A DNA stretch of 64,000 nucleotides, taken from Candidatus Dormiibacterota bacterium (GTDB lineage: Bacteria > Chloroflexota > Dormibacteria > Dormibacterales > Dormibacteraceae). The stretch is taken from positions 264,411 through 328,410 of the forward strand of contig CAWBPD010000026.1 in assembly GCA_963790575.1 (NCBI GenBank), in the 5' to 3' direction. Numbering within the stretch: position 1 is the stretch's first letter; each line of letters starts with the position of its first letter. Made by a program: the position numbers and the translations under genes. Below the pieces are notes generated by a model. It was not told where the DNA came from, ran no database searches, and worked only from the letters and a program-made list of their open reading frames with translations. Shown here in pieces: positions 43,705 to 53,051 of the stretch.

Positions 43705-45585
43705 TCAGGAGGGCGCGGTGCCGGCCGCGATCGCCCGGCGCCGGGCACGGGCCCGGTCCACCTCGGTCAGATGCCGCTTGCGCAGGCGCAGGTGGGACGG
43801 CGTGACCTCCAGGAGCTCGTCGTCGACCAGGAAGTCCAGGGACTGCTCGAGGCTGAGGCGGGTGGCCGGCACAAGCCGGACCGCGATGTCCGCGGTCGAG
43901 CTGCGCACGTTGGACTGCTTCTTCTCCCGGCACACGTTCACCTGCATGTCCCCGGCGCGCCGCTGGAGACCGACGATCATGCCCTCGTACACCTGCTCAC
44001 CGGGCTCGATGAAGGTCTCGCCACGTTCCTGCGCGTTGGCCAGCCCGTAGGTCAGCGCGGTCCCGGCGGAGGACGCGACCAGCGCCCCGTTGCGCGGGTT
44101 GCGCAGCCCGCCCGCCCAGGGCCGGTAGCCATCGGCGAGCGACGCGATCAGGCCGGTCCCCCCAGTCAGGGTGAGGAACTGGTTGCGGAAGCCGATCAGG
44201 CCCCGGGTCGGGATCGTGTACTGGAGGCGGACCTGCCCCTCCCCGTCGTAGTCGATCGAGGTCATCTCGCCGCGCCGGGCGCCCAGGGCCTCCGAGGTCG
44301 CGCCCAGATAGTCATGGGCGACCTCGATGGTCACGCGTTCGAACGGCTCCAGCAGGCGTCCGCCGGCGTCGCGACGGACGATCGCCTCCGGTTTCGAGAC
44401 CTCCAGCTCATACCCCTCGCGCCGCATGGTCTCGATCAAGACCGAGAGGTGCAGCTCGCCCCGCCCACTGACCAGCCAGCGCTCGGAGGTGTCGGTGTCC
44501 TCCAGCCGCAGCCCCAGGTTGGTGTCGAGCTCCCGCCAGAGCCGCGCCCGCAACTGCCGGGAGGTGGTGTACCTGCCCTCGCGGCCTCCCACCGGCGACG
44601 TGTTGACGCCGAACGTCATGCGCACGGTGGGCTCGTCGATCTCGATCCGCGGAAGGGGCTGGTGGTGATCGGGGTCGCTCAGCGTGTCGCCGATCGCCAC
44701 CTCGTCAAGGCCGGTCAGCAGGACGATGTCCCCCGCCCGCGCCTCCTCCGCCGGGACCCGGGCCAGCCCCTGATAGCGCAGCACCTGCCCCACCCGTGCG
44801 GGCTGGATCCCTTCGATCCCGAGCACGCTGATGGCCTGGCCGGGAGCCACCGACCCGCGGGTGATCCGGCCGATGGCGAGCGTCCCCGTGAAGTCGTCAT
44901 GCCCTCGGTTGGCGACCAGCATCTGGAAGGGTCCGTCAAGCGCGAGCGGCGCCGGCACGTGGTCCAGGATGGTGGTGAAGAGCGGCTCCAGCGATGCCTC
45001 CAGACGCTCCGGAGCGAACCCCGCACGTCCCTCCTTGGCGATCGTGTACACGACCGGGATGTCGAGTTGGTCCTCGGTGCGTGCCAGCTCCAGGAACAGG
45101 TCGTGGACGGCCTCCAGGGCGCGCGCCGCATCCGCGTGCGGCCGGTCCAGCTTGTTGATCACCACGATCGGTCGGAGACCCGCCTCGAACGCCTTGTCGA
45201 GAACGAACCGGGTCTGCGGCATCGGACCCTCCGCGGCGTCCACCAGCAACAGGCAGCCGTCCGCCATGTTGAGGACGCGCTCGACCTCGCCACCGAAGTC
45301 GGCATGCCCGGGGGTGTCGATGATGTTGATCGTGACCTCCCCATGCCGCACCGCCGTGTTCTTGGCCAGGATGGTGATGCCCTTCTCGCGCTCCAGGGCG
45401 TTGGAGTCGAGGATCAGCGTTCCCACCTCCTGATTGGCGCGGAAGGTGTTGCTCTGCTTGAGCAGCGCGTCGACCAAGGTCGTCTTCCCATGGTCGACAT
45501 GGGCGATGATCGCCAGGTTGCGGAGATCGGCGCGGCGATGCACGTCGGTCGCGGGCGCGCGGCCTGGGGCTTGTGTGTCGCTCAT
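43705..45585 (-). CDS. typA: Translational GTPase TypA/BipA.
   Basis: [20 protein letters not shown]...[16 protein letters not shown]...VVINKLDRP is followed by EF-G-like domains. The true start is at 45585; the first 140 codons of ORF 43705..46005 are spurious. Confidence 0.9.
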   Translation of the reverse strand: MSDTQAPGRAPATDVHRRADLRNLAIIAHVDHGKTTLVDALLKQSNTFRANQEVGTLILDSNALEREKGITILAKNTAVRHGEVTINIIDTPGHADFGGEVERVLNMADGCLLLVDAAEGPMPQTRFVLDKAFEAGLRPIVVINKLDRPHADAARALEAVHDLFLELARTEDQLDIPVVYTIAKEGRAGFAPERLEASLEPLFTTILDHVPAPLALDGPFQMLVANRGHDDFTGTLAIGRITRGSVAPGQAISVLGIEGIQPARVGQVLRYQGLARVPAEEARAGDIVLLTGLDEVAIGDTLSDPDHHQPLPRIEIDEPTVRMTFGVNTSPVGGREGRYTTSRQLRARLWRELDTNLGLRLEDTDTSERWLVSGRGELHLSVLIETMRREGYELEVSKPEAIVRRDAGGRLLEPFERVTIEVAHDYLGATSEALGARRGEMTSIDYDGEGQVRLQYTIPTRGLIGFRNQFLTLTGGTGLIASLADGYRPWAGGLRNPRNGALVASSAGTALTYGLANAQERGETFIEPGEQVYEGMIVGLQRRAGDMQVNVCREKKQSNVRSSTADIAVRLVPATRLSLEQSLDFLVDDELLEVTPSHLRLRKRHLTEVDRARARRRAIAAGTAPS

Positions 45586-45812
45586 GGGTACTTCGGGCAG
45601 CAGAAAACCAGCGGGTAGGGCATTCACTTTGTTTATACCCAAGAGTCCCAAGGAACAATCCAAACCAGTGCGCGCCAAGCCGCGTACTCCGCTAGACTCG
45701 GCACCAAGCCCTCGTTGGGGAGGGCCCGCAATACAAAGACATCCTCCCTCCCTCCGGGCCGTCGGGGCTTTGCCTCGGCGGCCCTTCCTGTTGCAACGCC
45801 GCGCGACTCCGC

Positions 45813-46034
45813 TCACCCGGCGAGCGCGCGCAGGATCGACGCCGCGTGCAATCGGCCCTCCGCCCGGACACGTCCATCCACCAGCAACACCGGCACCCGG
45901 TCCGTGAACTGCCGGTGGAGGTTCGGGTCGGCGTCCACATCGCGCTCCTCGAACTCGACGCCCAGCGCGCGCAGTGTCGCGCCGGCTTCGTCGCAGAGCC
46001 CGCATCCGGATCGTCCGACCAGTTCGACCGCCAT
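45813..46034 (-). CDS. Glutaredoxin-like small redox protein (CGLC active site).
   Basis: It is 73 aa (MAVELVGRSGCGLCDEAGATLRALGVEFEERDVDADPNLHRQFTDRVPVLLVDG) and has a thioredoxin fold with a CxxC motif. Confidence 0.6.
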   Translation of the reverse strand: MAVELVGRSGCGLCDEAGATLRALGVEFEERDVDADPNLHRQFTDRVPVLLVDGRVRAEGRLHAASILRALAG

Positions 46035-46070
46035 CGCCTCGAGCCTACGAGACGCGGCCGCGGACGCCCT

Positions 46071-46437
46071 TCAGGCGGCCGGCAGCCGTAGGCGCTCACC
46101 CGGGTATACAACGCCTCCATGCAGATGGTTGGCGCGGTCGATCTCGTCCACCGTCTGGCGGGGATCCTGGTTCGGGAACCGGGCCTCCGCGATCGACCAC
46201 ACGGTCTGGCCGGGCTGCACCACCACCACCTGGGCCGGCCGGGGCGGCGTCGCCCCCATCACCCGGCTGGTGAAGATCAGGAACAGCAGCGCCAGTACGG
46301 CGACGCCGATCGCGAGATTGCGAACCGTGCGCCTCCACCGTGCCACCCGACGCCGTGGGCGCGGCACCGTCAGCCGGCTGTAGCCGAACCGGCGGGCTCG
46401 TGCAACACCGGGAACACCATTGACTCGCTCGTACATC
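46071..46437 (-). CDS. LysM-domain membrane protein, ChiZ-like, divergent from lexA.
   Basis: A transmembrane anchor (NLAIGVAVLALLFLIF) is followed by LysM (VVVQPGQTVWSIAEARFPNQDPRQTVDEIDRANHL..GGVVYPGERLRLP). It has the same divergent arrangement as mycobacterial chiZ-lexA. Confidence 0.7.
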
Positions 46438-46466
46438 CGTTCGCCTCCTCCTCGTCCCGGACCATA

Positions 46467-46482
46467 CGGAACAGACGTTCGA
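46467..46482. promoter_or_regulatory. LexA (SOS) box CGGAAC-AGAC-GTTCGA. Further degenerate boxes lie at 46493..46506 and about 46552..46567.
   Basis: This matches the Gram-positive/actinobacterial consensus TCGAAC-N4-GTTCGA at 11 of 12 positions. Additional GAAC-N4-GTT(T/C)G-like sites lie in the same chiZ-lexA intergenic region. Confidence 0.7.
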
Positions 46483-46643
46483 ATGTCAAGGGCGAACAAG
46501 AGTTTGCCGAACAGACGCTTTCTTTGCTAGGATGAGCCGAAGCCCGCGGGCCTCCCGGCGAGCAGACGTTCTGTTCTCAGGCGGTGCTCGGCGAGGTCCG
46601 CGTGACGTCCCAGCATTCCGATTGCCAAGCGAGGCGCAGATCG

Positions 46644-47255
46644 ATGAAACGACAGGTATCCGGACGGCAGGAGCAGATCCTGGACTACATCCGCGAGGTC
46701 ACGCGTGAGCGGAACTACCCGCCCAGCGTCCGCGAGATCGGCGAGGCGGTGGGGCTCTCCTCCAGCTCCACCGTGCACAACCACCTGAACCAGCTCGAGC
46801 GGCTGGGCCTGATCCGCCGCGATCCGACCAAATCGCGCACCGTACAGCTGGTCGAGCAGGTGGACACCGCCCGCATGCGGCGTCAAGCGGTGGCGGTCCC
46901 GGTGGTCGGCAACGTGGCCGCCGGCACCCCGATCCTGGCCGAGGAGCACATCGAGGACCACCTGCTGCTGTCCCCGGAGATCGCCCAGGAGGGCTGGTTC
47001 GGGCTCCGGGTGCGCGGCGACTCCATGGTCGGCGCCGGGATCCTCGACGGCGACATGGTCATCGTGCGGCCACAGAAGGACGCGCCGGACGGGACCATCG
47101 TGGTGGCGCTGGTGGGCGACGAGGCGACCGTCAAGCGCCTGGACCGGCAGCGGGGCCACGTCCGGCTGCTCTCGGAGAACCCTGACTACGCGCCGATCGA
47201 GCCCGAGCAGGTGGACATGGTGGGCGCGGTCCGCGGCGTGCTCAGGACCTACTGA
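46644..47255 (+). CDS. lexA: LexA repressor.
   Basis: A winged HTH is present (LSGRQEQILDYIREVTRERNYPPSVREIGEAVGLSSSSTVHNHLNQLERLGLI). The Ala-Gly cleavage site is present (VPVVGNVAAGTPI). The S24 peptidase Ser/Lys signature is present (VRGDSMVGAGI...ATVKRL). Confidence 0.9.
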   Translation: MKRQVSGRQEQILDYIREVTRERNYPPSVREIGEAVGLSSSSTVHNHLNQLERLGLIRRDPTKSRTVQLVEQVDTARMRRQAVAVPVVGNVAAGTPILAEEHIEDHLLLSPEIAQEGWFGLRVRGDSMVGAGILDGDMVIVRPQKDAPDGTIVVALVGDEATVKRLDRQRGHVRLLSENPDYAPIEPEQVDMVGAVRGVLRTY

Positions 47256-47269
47256 CAACGGCCGGTCGC

Positions 47270-48127
47270 GTGCGCTACGGGTTCGTCGTCCCGGCCGCCG
47301 ACGCCGCCGAGTTCGCCGAGGTGGCGGCGCTTGGTGAAGAGCATGGCTGGGATGCCGTGTTCACCTGGGAGTCGGTGTTCGGGGTCGACGCCTGGGTGAC
47401 GTTGGGAGCCGCCGCGGTGCGCACCCGGAGGATCCGGCTGGGCACGCTTCTGACCCCCGCCTCGCGCATTCGGCCCTGGGACCTGGCCTCGCGGGTCGGG
47501 ACCGTCGACCGGCTCAGCGGCGGACGCGTGATCCTGAGCGTCGGCCTCGGGGCGCTGAACGAGAACTGGCTCGCCTTCGAGCCCGACGAAGGGCGCCGGA
47601 CGCGGGCACAGAAGCTGGACGAGTCGCTCGCCATCTTCGCGGCTCTCTGCGCCGGCGGCCCCCTTACGTTCGAAGGCAGGCACTACTCCGCCCACCTCCC
47701 GGCCGAGGTCAGCCCGGCGGCGCCCCCTCCGACCGTGCAGCGGCCCCACCCGCCGGTATGGGTCGTCGGACTGCGCGTGCCGGACCATGCCCGCCAGCGA
47801 TCGCTGGAGCGCGCCGCGCGCTGGAACGGACTGCTCCCGGCCAGCGTCGACGGGCGGGGGAGGTGGCAGACGCTCACCCCCGCCACGCTGCGCGAGATCG
47901 CCGGCGAGGTGAGCCGCCTGCGCGAGGCGGAGGGCCGTGCTGCCGAGCCCTACGACGTGGTGGTGGAGGGAGACACCTGGGGCGGCTTCATTCAGCGCCG
48001 GGAGCGGCCGGCCGACTTCGAGGACGCCGGCGCCACCTGGTGGATCGAGAGCTGGTGGGACCTGCCGCGCGATGCCAAGGGCCAGGCGGAGGTGCGCCGT
48101 CGCGTGGAGGTAGGTCCTAGAAGCTGA
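47270..48127 (+). CDS. LLM-class F420/flavin-dependent oxidoreductase (short variant).
   Basis: FAEVAALGEEHGWDAVFTWES...RIRLGTLLTPASRIRPW... indicates a luciferase-like TIM barrel. Confidence 0.7.
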   Translation: MRYGFVVPAADAAEFAEVAALGEEHGWDAVFTWESVFGVDAWVTLGAAAVRTRRIRLGTLLTPASRIRPWDLASRVGTVDRLSGGRVILSVGLGALNENWLAFEPDEGRRTRAQKLDESLAIFAALCAGGPLTFEGRHYSAHLPAEVSPAAPPPTVQRPHPPVWVVGLRVPDHARQRSLERAARWNGLLPASVDGRGRWQTLTPATLREIAGEVSRLREAEGRAAEPYDVVVEGDTWGGFIQRRERPADFEDAGATWWIESWWDLPRDAKGQAEVRRRVEVGPRS

Positions 48128-48149
48128 GCGGTTGCGCTGCTCTCGGAAT

Positions 48150-48225
48150 CCCCGAATGCCGGCACTCAGGTCCTCTGGCGGCCGCCCCAACCCCCGAGTG
48201 CCGGCACTCGGGTGGCATTCGGGCA
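48150..48225. repeat. A second locus of the palindromic REP-like element: GAATGCCGGCACTCAGG ... CCGAGTGCCGGCACTCGGGTGGCATTCGGG.
   Basis: It carries the same CCGAGTGCCGGCACTCGG core as the triple repeat at 17578..17703. It likewise sits between convergent 3' ends (the LLM oxidoreductase and dapD). Confidence 0.75.
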
Positions 48226-48233
48226 CCAGCAGG

Positions 48234-49049
48234 TCAGGTGGCGACGCCCAGTTCCCGCAGCTGGTCGTTGAGCGTGAGCTTGCGATCGGTGGCGTCGCTC
48301 CGCCACCCGATGATGAGCCCGCACGCCAGCTGGTACTCGCCCGCCGGGAAGGTGCGCGTACGTGTCCCCGGGACCACGATCGCGCCTGGCGGGACCTCAC
48401 CCCGGTGCTCGACCGGAGAGGGTCCGGTGACGTCGATGACGGGAGTGGAGCCGGTGAGGACGACGTTGGCGCCCAGCACCGCCCATTCCCCCACCACCAC
48501 GCCTTCCGTGACCACCGCGCGCGAACCAATGAAACAGCCGTCCTCGATGACCACCGGCCGCGCCTGCACGGGCTCCAGCACGCCCCCGATGCCCACCCCG
48601 CCTGCCAGGTGGACGCCGCTGCCGACCTGCGCGCAGGACCCGACGGTGGCCCAGGTGTCGACCATGGTGCCGGCGCCCACGCGGGCTCCGACGTTGACGT
48701 AGGACGGCATCAAGATCACGCCGCGTTCCAAGTGTGAGCCGTAGCGCGCCACCGCCGGGGGCACCACCCGCACGCCGGCGCCCTCGTAGTCGTGCTTGAG
48801 CGGGATGCGGTCCCGGTACTCGAAGGGCCCGGTCTCGATGGTCTCGATCTCGTAGAGCTTGAAGTAGAGGAGGATCGCCTTCTTCACCCATTCGTTGGCC
48901 ACCCACCGGCCAGCATGCTTCTGGGCGCTGCGCAGGCTCCCGTCATCGAGGCCGGCGATCGTCCACTCCACCGCCTCCTTGTCCTGCCCGCCCTGGGCAT
49001 AGGCGGCTTCGATACGAGCCTGGAGTTCGTCCGGGTCGGGGTCAGTCAT
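48234..49049 (-). CDS. dapD: 2,3,4,5-tetrahydropyridine-2,6-dicarboxylate N-succinyltransferase.
   Basis: Left-handed beta-helix hexapeptide repeats are present (VGAGTMVDTWATVGSCAQVGSGVHLAGGVGIGGVLEP...), with a DapD-like N-terminal domain. Confidence 0.8.
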   Translation of the reverse strand: MTDPDPDELQARIEAAYAQGGQDKEAVEWTIAGLDDGSLRSAQKHAGRWVANEWVKKAILLYFKLYEIETIETGPFEYRDRIPLKHDYEGAGVRVVPPAVARYGSHLERGVILMPSYVNVGARVGAGTMVDTWATVGSCAQVGSGVHLAGGVGIGGVLEPVQARPVVIEDGCFIGSRAVVTEGVVVGEWAVLGANVVLTGSTPVIDVTGPSPVEHRGEVPPGAIVVPGTRTRTFPAGEYQLACGLIIGWRSDATDRKLTLNDQLRELGVAT

Positions 49050-50343
49050 CTCCGACGAGCCTATCCGGTCGGTCCACCGCGAGCTCCCGGTAGCGGTACA
49101 CCGCCTGCTCGGGCGCGCGGGCCAGCGTCAACGTGCCGCGGTCGGTGTATTCGGTGTCCTCCACCACGCCCTCGCGCCGCAGCTCCTCGATCACCCCCTC
49201 GCGACCGTAGGGGACGAGCAGGCGCACCGGTACCAGCGCGCGCTGATCCGCTTCTGCCAGCGCCGTGTCCAGCTCGTCGAGGCCGGCGCCCGTCTGCGCC
49301 GAGATGGGGACGACCGTGCCGTACCGGACCCGGAACCCGGGCAGTACCCGGCGCAGGCCGGCCACCCCGAGGAGGTCGATCTTGTTGAGCGCGACCACGC
49401 GCGGTACCTCCCCCGCGCCCAGCTCCTGAAGCACCTGGTCGACGGTCGCCGCCTGATCGAGGGCGGAAGCGGCGCTCGCATCGACCACGTGGAGCACGAC
49501 ATCGGCTTCCGTCACCTCCTCCAAGGTGGAGCGGAACGCCGCGACCAGGTCGGTGGGCAGGTTCTGGATGAAGCCGACGGTGTCGCTCAACAGCAGCTCG
49601 CGGCCGCTCGCGGTCCGGTGCCGGCGCGTGGTCGGGTCGAGGGTGGCGAACAGCTGGTGCGCGGCGGGCACGCCGGCACCGGTCATGGTGTTGAGCAGCG
49701 TGGACTTCCCGGCGTTGGTGTAGCCCACGATGGCGACCGTGATCAGGTCGGCCCGGTGGCGGCCCTGGCGCTGCTGTTCGCGGCGGGCCCGCACCTGCTC
49801 CAGCTCGCGCTCCAGGTCCCGGACCTGACGCCGGACGCGGCGGCGCTCGATCTCGGTCTGCTGCTCGCCGGGGCCACCGCGGGTTCCGCGGCCACCCATC
49901 TGTCGGTTGACGTCGTAGGCGCCCACCAGTCGCGGGAGCCAGTGGCGCAGCCGTGCCACCTCGACCTGCAGGCGACCGTCACGGGTGCGCGCGTGCAGCG
50001 CGAAGATCTCGAGAATGATCTCGGTCCGGTCCAGCACCGGCACCGCCAGCTCCCGCTCCAGGTTCCGCTGCTGGCGTGGGGAGAGGTCCTCGTTGCAGAC
50101 CAGCAGATCGAATTCCAACTCGCCGCGCCGGGTGCGGATCTCCTCGACCTTGCCCCGACCGCAGAATAGTGCCGGGTCGATCGCCGCCCGCCGCTGGAGG
50201 TCGGTGCAGACAGGATCCGCACCCGCGGTGCGCACCAGCTCGGCGAGCTCTGTCATCTGCTCCTCAAGCCGGGCCGGCTCGGTGCCGGGCAGCAGGACGC
50301 CCAGCAGGTAGGCGCGGTCGCGCCGCTCGGCGGTGTTCAGCAA
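49042..50343 (-). CDS. hflX: GTPase HflX.
   Basis: An HflX N-domain is present (AYLLGVLLPG...ELVRTAGA). The G domain is VAIVGYTNAGKSTLLN...DTVGFI...NKID. Confidence 0.9.
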   Translation of the reverse strand: MLNTAERRDRAYLLGVLLPGTEPARLEEQMTELAELVRTAGADPVCTDLQRRAAIDPALFCGRGKVEEIRTRRGELEFDLLVCNEDLSPRQQRNLERELAVPVLDRTEIILEIFALHARTRDGRLQVEVARLRHWLPRLVGAYDVNRQMGGRGTRGGPGEQQTEIERRRVRRQVRDLERELEQVRARREQQRQGRHRADLITVAIVGYTNAGKSTLLNTMTGAGVPAAHQLFATLDPTTRRHRTASGRELLLSDTVGFIQNLPTDLVAAFRSTLEEVTEADVVLHVVDASAASALDQAATVDQVLQELGAGEVPRVVALNKIDLLGVAGLRRVLPGFRVRYGTVVPISAQTGAGLDELDTALAEADQRALVPVRLLVPYGREGVIEELRREGVVEDTEYTDRGTLTLARAPEQAVYRYRELAVDRPDRLVGDD

Positions 50344-51371
50344 AGCCTCGGGCCCCCACGAAACGGAGCTTGCGGAGTTTCGCGGGGTGGGCTATCGAGG
50401 AACTGCGGAGCGGTCATGGAAAGGAGCTTGAGAATACGACCGCTGGGATCATCCGTTGCATCCACCCAGCGGATACGCGGATCTCGGCGCAGCCACCGCA
50501 GCTGGCGCCGCGCGTACCGGCCGTTGGCCCGCGCCATCGCGGCCAGGAGCTCCTTCGGGGCCAGCTCGCCCTGCAGGAACGCCAGTGCCTCGGCGTACCC
50601 GATCCCGGACAGGACCGGTGCCGAGGCGGGCACCCCGCGCTCCAGCGCCTGCCGCGTCTCCTCCACCAGGCCGCGTGCCACCTGCCGGGCCGACCTCCGG
50701 CGCAGCCGGCGGTCGAGGTCCGCCAGGGGCACCTCGAGGCCCAACCGCAGGACGTCCCAGTCGGGCGGCGTGCGTTCCCGGTGCCGGGCGAGCGGACCAC
50801 CCAGCTCGTCCAGGATCTCGATCGCCCGCACCAGCCGGCGGGGATTCTGCCAGTCCACCTCCGCCCGGGGGTCCAGCCGGCGGAGCCGGTCCTGCAGCTC
50901 GGGCAGCGGCAAGGTCGCGAGCTCCGCGCGCCGTTCCTCGCCAGGTGCGCCGCCGGGCAACGCGTAGCCGTCGAGCAAGGCGTCGGCCCACAGCCCAGAC
51001 CCCCCCTCGAGGACCGCCACCCGTCCTCGCGCCGTGATCTCCCCCACGGCCGGGGTGGCCAGCCGCTGGAAGTCGTGGACGGTGAAGGTGTCCCGTGGAT
51101 CGGCCACGCCCACCAGGTGATGAGGCACACGCGCCAGCTGGTCGGGGGGCGGCTTGTTGGTCGCGATGTCGAGCTCCCGGTAGACCTGGCGGGAGTCGCA
51201 GACCACGATCTCCGCGTTGAGCCGGGTGGCGATGGCGTACGCGGCGTCGCTCTTGCCGGCGCCGGTCGGCCCCAGGATGGCGAGCACCCGCGGACGCGTC
51301 GCCAGGGGCCGTTTCCCGGGAAGCGGCCCCTCGGACGTCCCTTCCCCGGGAAACGGCGGGTGCGTGGTCAC
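50337..51371 (-). CDS. miaA: tRNA dimethylallyltransferase MiaA. The N-terminal roughly 25 codons may be spurious.
   Basis: The P-loop is ILGPTGAGKSDAAYAIA, followed by VCDSRQVYRELDIATNKP. The upstream Gly/Pro-rich codons coincide with a short direct repeat in the DNA. Confidence 0.85.
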   Translation of the reverse strand: MTTHPPFPGEGTSEGPLPGKRPLATRPRVLAILGPTGAGKSDAAYAIATRLNAEIVVCDSRQVYRELDIATNKPPPDQLARVPHHLVGVADPRDTFTVHDFQRLATPAVGEITARGRVAVLEGGSGLWADALLDGYALPGGAPGEERRAELATLPLPELQDRLRRLDPRAEVDWQNPRRLVRAIEILDELGGPLARHRERTPPDWDVLRLGLEVPLADLDRRLRRRSARQVARGLVEETRQALERGVPASAPVLSGIGYAEALAFLQGELAPKELLAAMARANGRYARRQLRWLRRDPRIRWVDATDDPSGRILKLLSMTAPQFLDSPPRETPQAPFRGGPRLC

Positions 51372-51380
51372 GAAAGGGGT

Positions 51381-53051
51381 TCAGTAGTTGCGGCGGAAGT
51401 GGCGGCGGAGCTCAGGCCAGGAGAGCACGAGCCGGGTCGGACGCCCGTGGGGACAAGTGGTTGAGTTGCGGGTGGCCGTCAGCTCCTCCAGCAGCCGGCG
51501 CTGCTCGGCGAGCTCCAGCCGGTCGCCGAACCGGACCGCGGAGTGGCAGGCGACCGACGCCGCCGCCGCCTCCCAGCTGCCGTCGTGTCGCTGCTCCGTC
51601 AGCACCGCCAGCAGGTCGAGCAGGGCTTCGGCGAGACGGCCCGGTGGGGTCGCCGCGGGGCCTGCGAGCAGGCGCAGCTGTCCGGGGCCGAACGCCTCCA
51701 CCTCGAAGCCCAGCGCGCGCACGCGATCGCCCTGGTCCTCGGCGGTCGCCACCAGCGATGGCTCCACGTCCACCACCTGGGCCAGCAAGAGCGGTTGGGT
51801 GACCGGCGTCCCACCCGCCAGGTCGGACAGGATCCGGTTGTAGAGGACCCGCTCGTGGGCGGCGTGTTGGTCGACCAGCACCACCCCGTCCTCGCCCTCG
51901 CAGATGAGGTACGCATCGTCGACCTGCCCCAGCGCGCGCAGCACACCCGGGCCGGCGTCCGCGGCGTCGGGCACCGGGGCGGAGAACGTGACAGCGGCCT
52001 CGTGGAGCGTGGGTGAACGCATCGCCGGCGATGGCTGGGGGCGGCCGGTGACGTCCGGCTCCGGTTCCGGTTCCGGCGGCAGCCGCAGGCTGAAGGGACG
52101 GCTGTCCGTGAGCACGTCCCGGACCGCGCGCTGCAGCCGTCCGAAGACTTCGCGCTCGTCGTGAAAACGGACCTCGCGCTTGGTGGGGTGGACGTTGACG
52201 TCGACAGCATCGCGAGGCAGCTCGAGATCGAGGACGCACACCGGGTGGCGGCCCCGCTCCAGCGCACCCAGATAGCACTCCTCTACCGCGTAGGCGAGCG
52301 AGCGCGAGGCGATGGGCCTGCGGTTGACGGCGAGCAGGAGAGCGTCCCGGGTCCCGCGGGAGAGCCGCGGTTCCGAGACCAGGCCCGAGATCCCGTCGCC
52401 GGCCACCTCGAGCAGAGCACTCCCCACCCCCTCGCCGTGCACCGCCGTCATCGCCCCGCGCCGATCGCCGGCCCCCACCGTACGGAGCGCCGTCCGCCCA
52501 TCGGCCGTGACGGTGAAGCGGACCTCCGGGTAGAGGATGGCGTACGGCTGCACGGCACGCAGGCAGAGCGACTGCTCGGTCGCCTCCGACTTCAAGAAAC
52601 GCAGCCGGGCGGGGGTGGCGCCGAACAGGTCCCGGACCTCGATGACGGTGCCCGGGGTCGGCATCGAGACCCCCTCCTCCACCAGCGCACCGCCGCGCAG
52701 GCGTACCCGTGCGGCTTGGCTCCGGCACTCGACGTCGGCCACCGCCGCGATCGACGCCAGCGCCTCGCCGCGGAAGCCCAGCGTCGCGATCGCCCGCAGG
52801 TCCTCCAGGTCGTGGACCTTGCTGGTGGCGTGACGCTGGAAGGCGAGTGCCAGCTCGTCGGGCTCGATCCCGCCGCCGTCGTCGGCGACCCGGATCAAGG
52901 TGCGGCCCGCGCCCCGCACGTCCACCTGGATCTGGCGGGCGCCCGCGTCGAGCGCGTTCTCGACCAGCTCCTTCACCACCGCGGCCGGCCGCTCGATCAC
53001 CTCCCCGGCGGCGATCGCGTCCGCGACCGGGGGCGGCAGGATGGTGATCAC
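51381..53051 (-). CDS. mutL: DNA mismatch repair protein MutL. Its GTG start overlaps the mutS stop.
   Basis: VITILPPPVADAIAAGEVIERPAAVVKELVENALDAGARQIQVDV...DDGGGI is the GHKL ATPase signature. The first 250 codons of ORF 51381..53798 are a spurious Arg/Pro-rich extension over mutS. Confidence 0.85.
   Translation of the reverse strand: MITILPPPVADAIAAGEVIERPAAVVKELVENALDAGARQIQVDVRGAGRTLIRVADDGGGIEPDELALAFQRHATSKVHDLEDLRAIATLGFRGEALASIAAVADVECRSQAARVRLRGGALVEEGVSMPTPGTVIEVRDLFGATPARLRFLKSEATEQSLCLRAVQPYAILYPEVRFTVTADGRTALRTVGAGDRRGAMTAVHGEGVGSALLEVAGDGISGLVSEPRLSRGTRDALLLAVNRRPIASRSLAYAVEECYLGALERGRHPVCVLDLELPRDAVDVNVHPTKREVRFHDEREVFGRLQRAVRDVLTDSRPFSLRLPPEPEPEPDVTGRPQPSPAMRSPTLHEAAVTFSAPVPDAADAGPGVLRALGQVDDAYLICEGEDGVVLVDQHAAHERVLYNRILSDLAGGTPVTQPLLLAQVVDVEPSLVATAEDQGDRVRALGFEVEAFGPGQLRLLAGPAATPPGRLAEALLDLLAVLTEQRHDGSWEAAAASVACHSAVRFGDRLELAEQRRLLEELTATRNSTTCPHGRPTRLVLSWPELRRHFRRNY

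Noticed and set aside
51300-51371. Direct repeat ttcccgggaagcggcccc / ttccccgggaaacggcgg, encoding FPGEG.../LPGKRP... at the annotated MiaA N-terminus.
   Set aside because: This is probably just the upstream region of miaA, whose real start may be at the VLAILGPTGAGKS motif. The motif is too short and degenerate to call a regulatory repeat.
51412-52728. ORFs 51412..52728 (minus), 52161..53291 (plus), 54399..55337 (minus) and 53066..55657 (plus).
   Set aside because: They are alternative-frame or antisense ORFs across mutL and mutS. They have no motifs and show extreme Arg/Gly/Pro bias.
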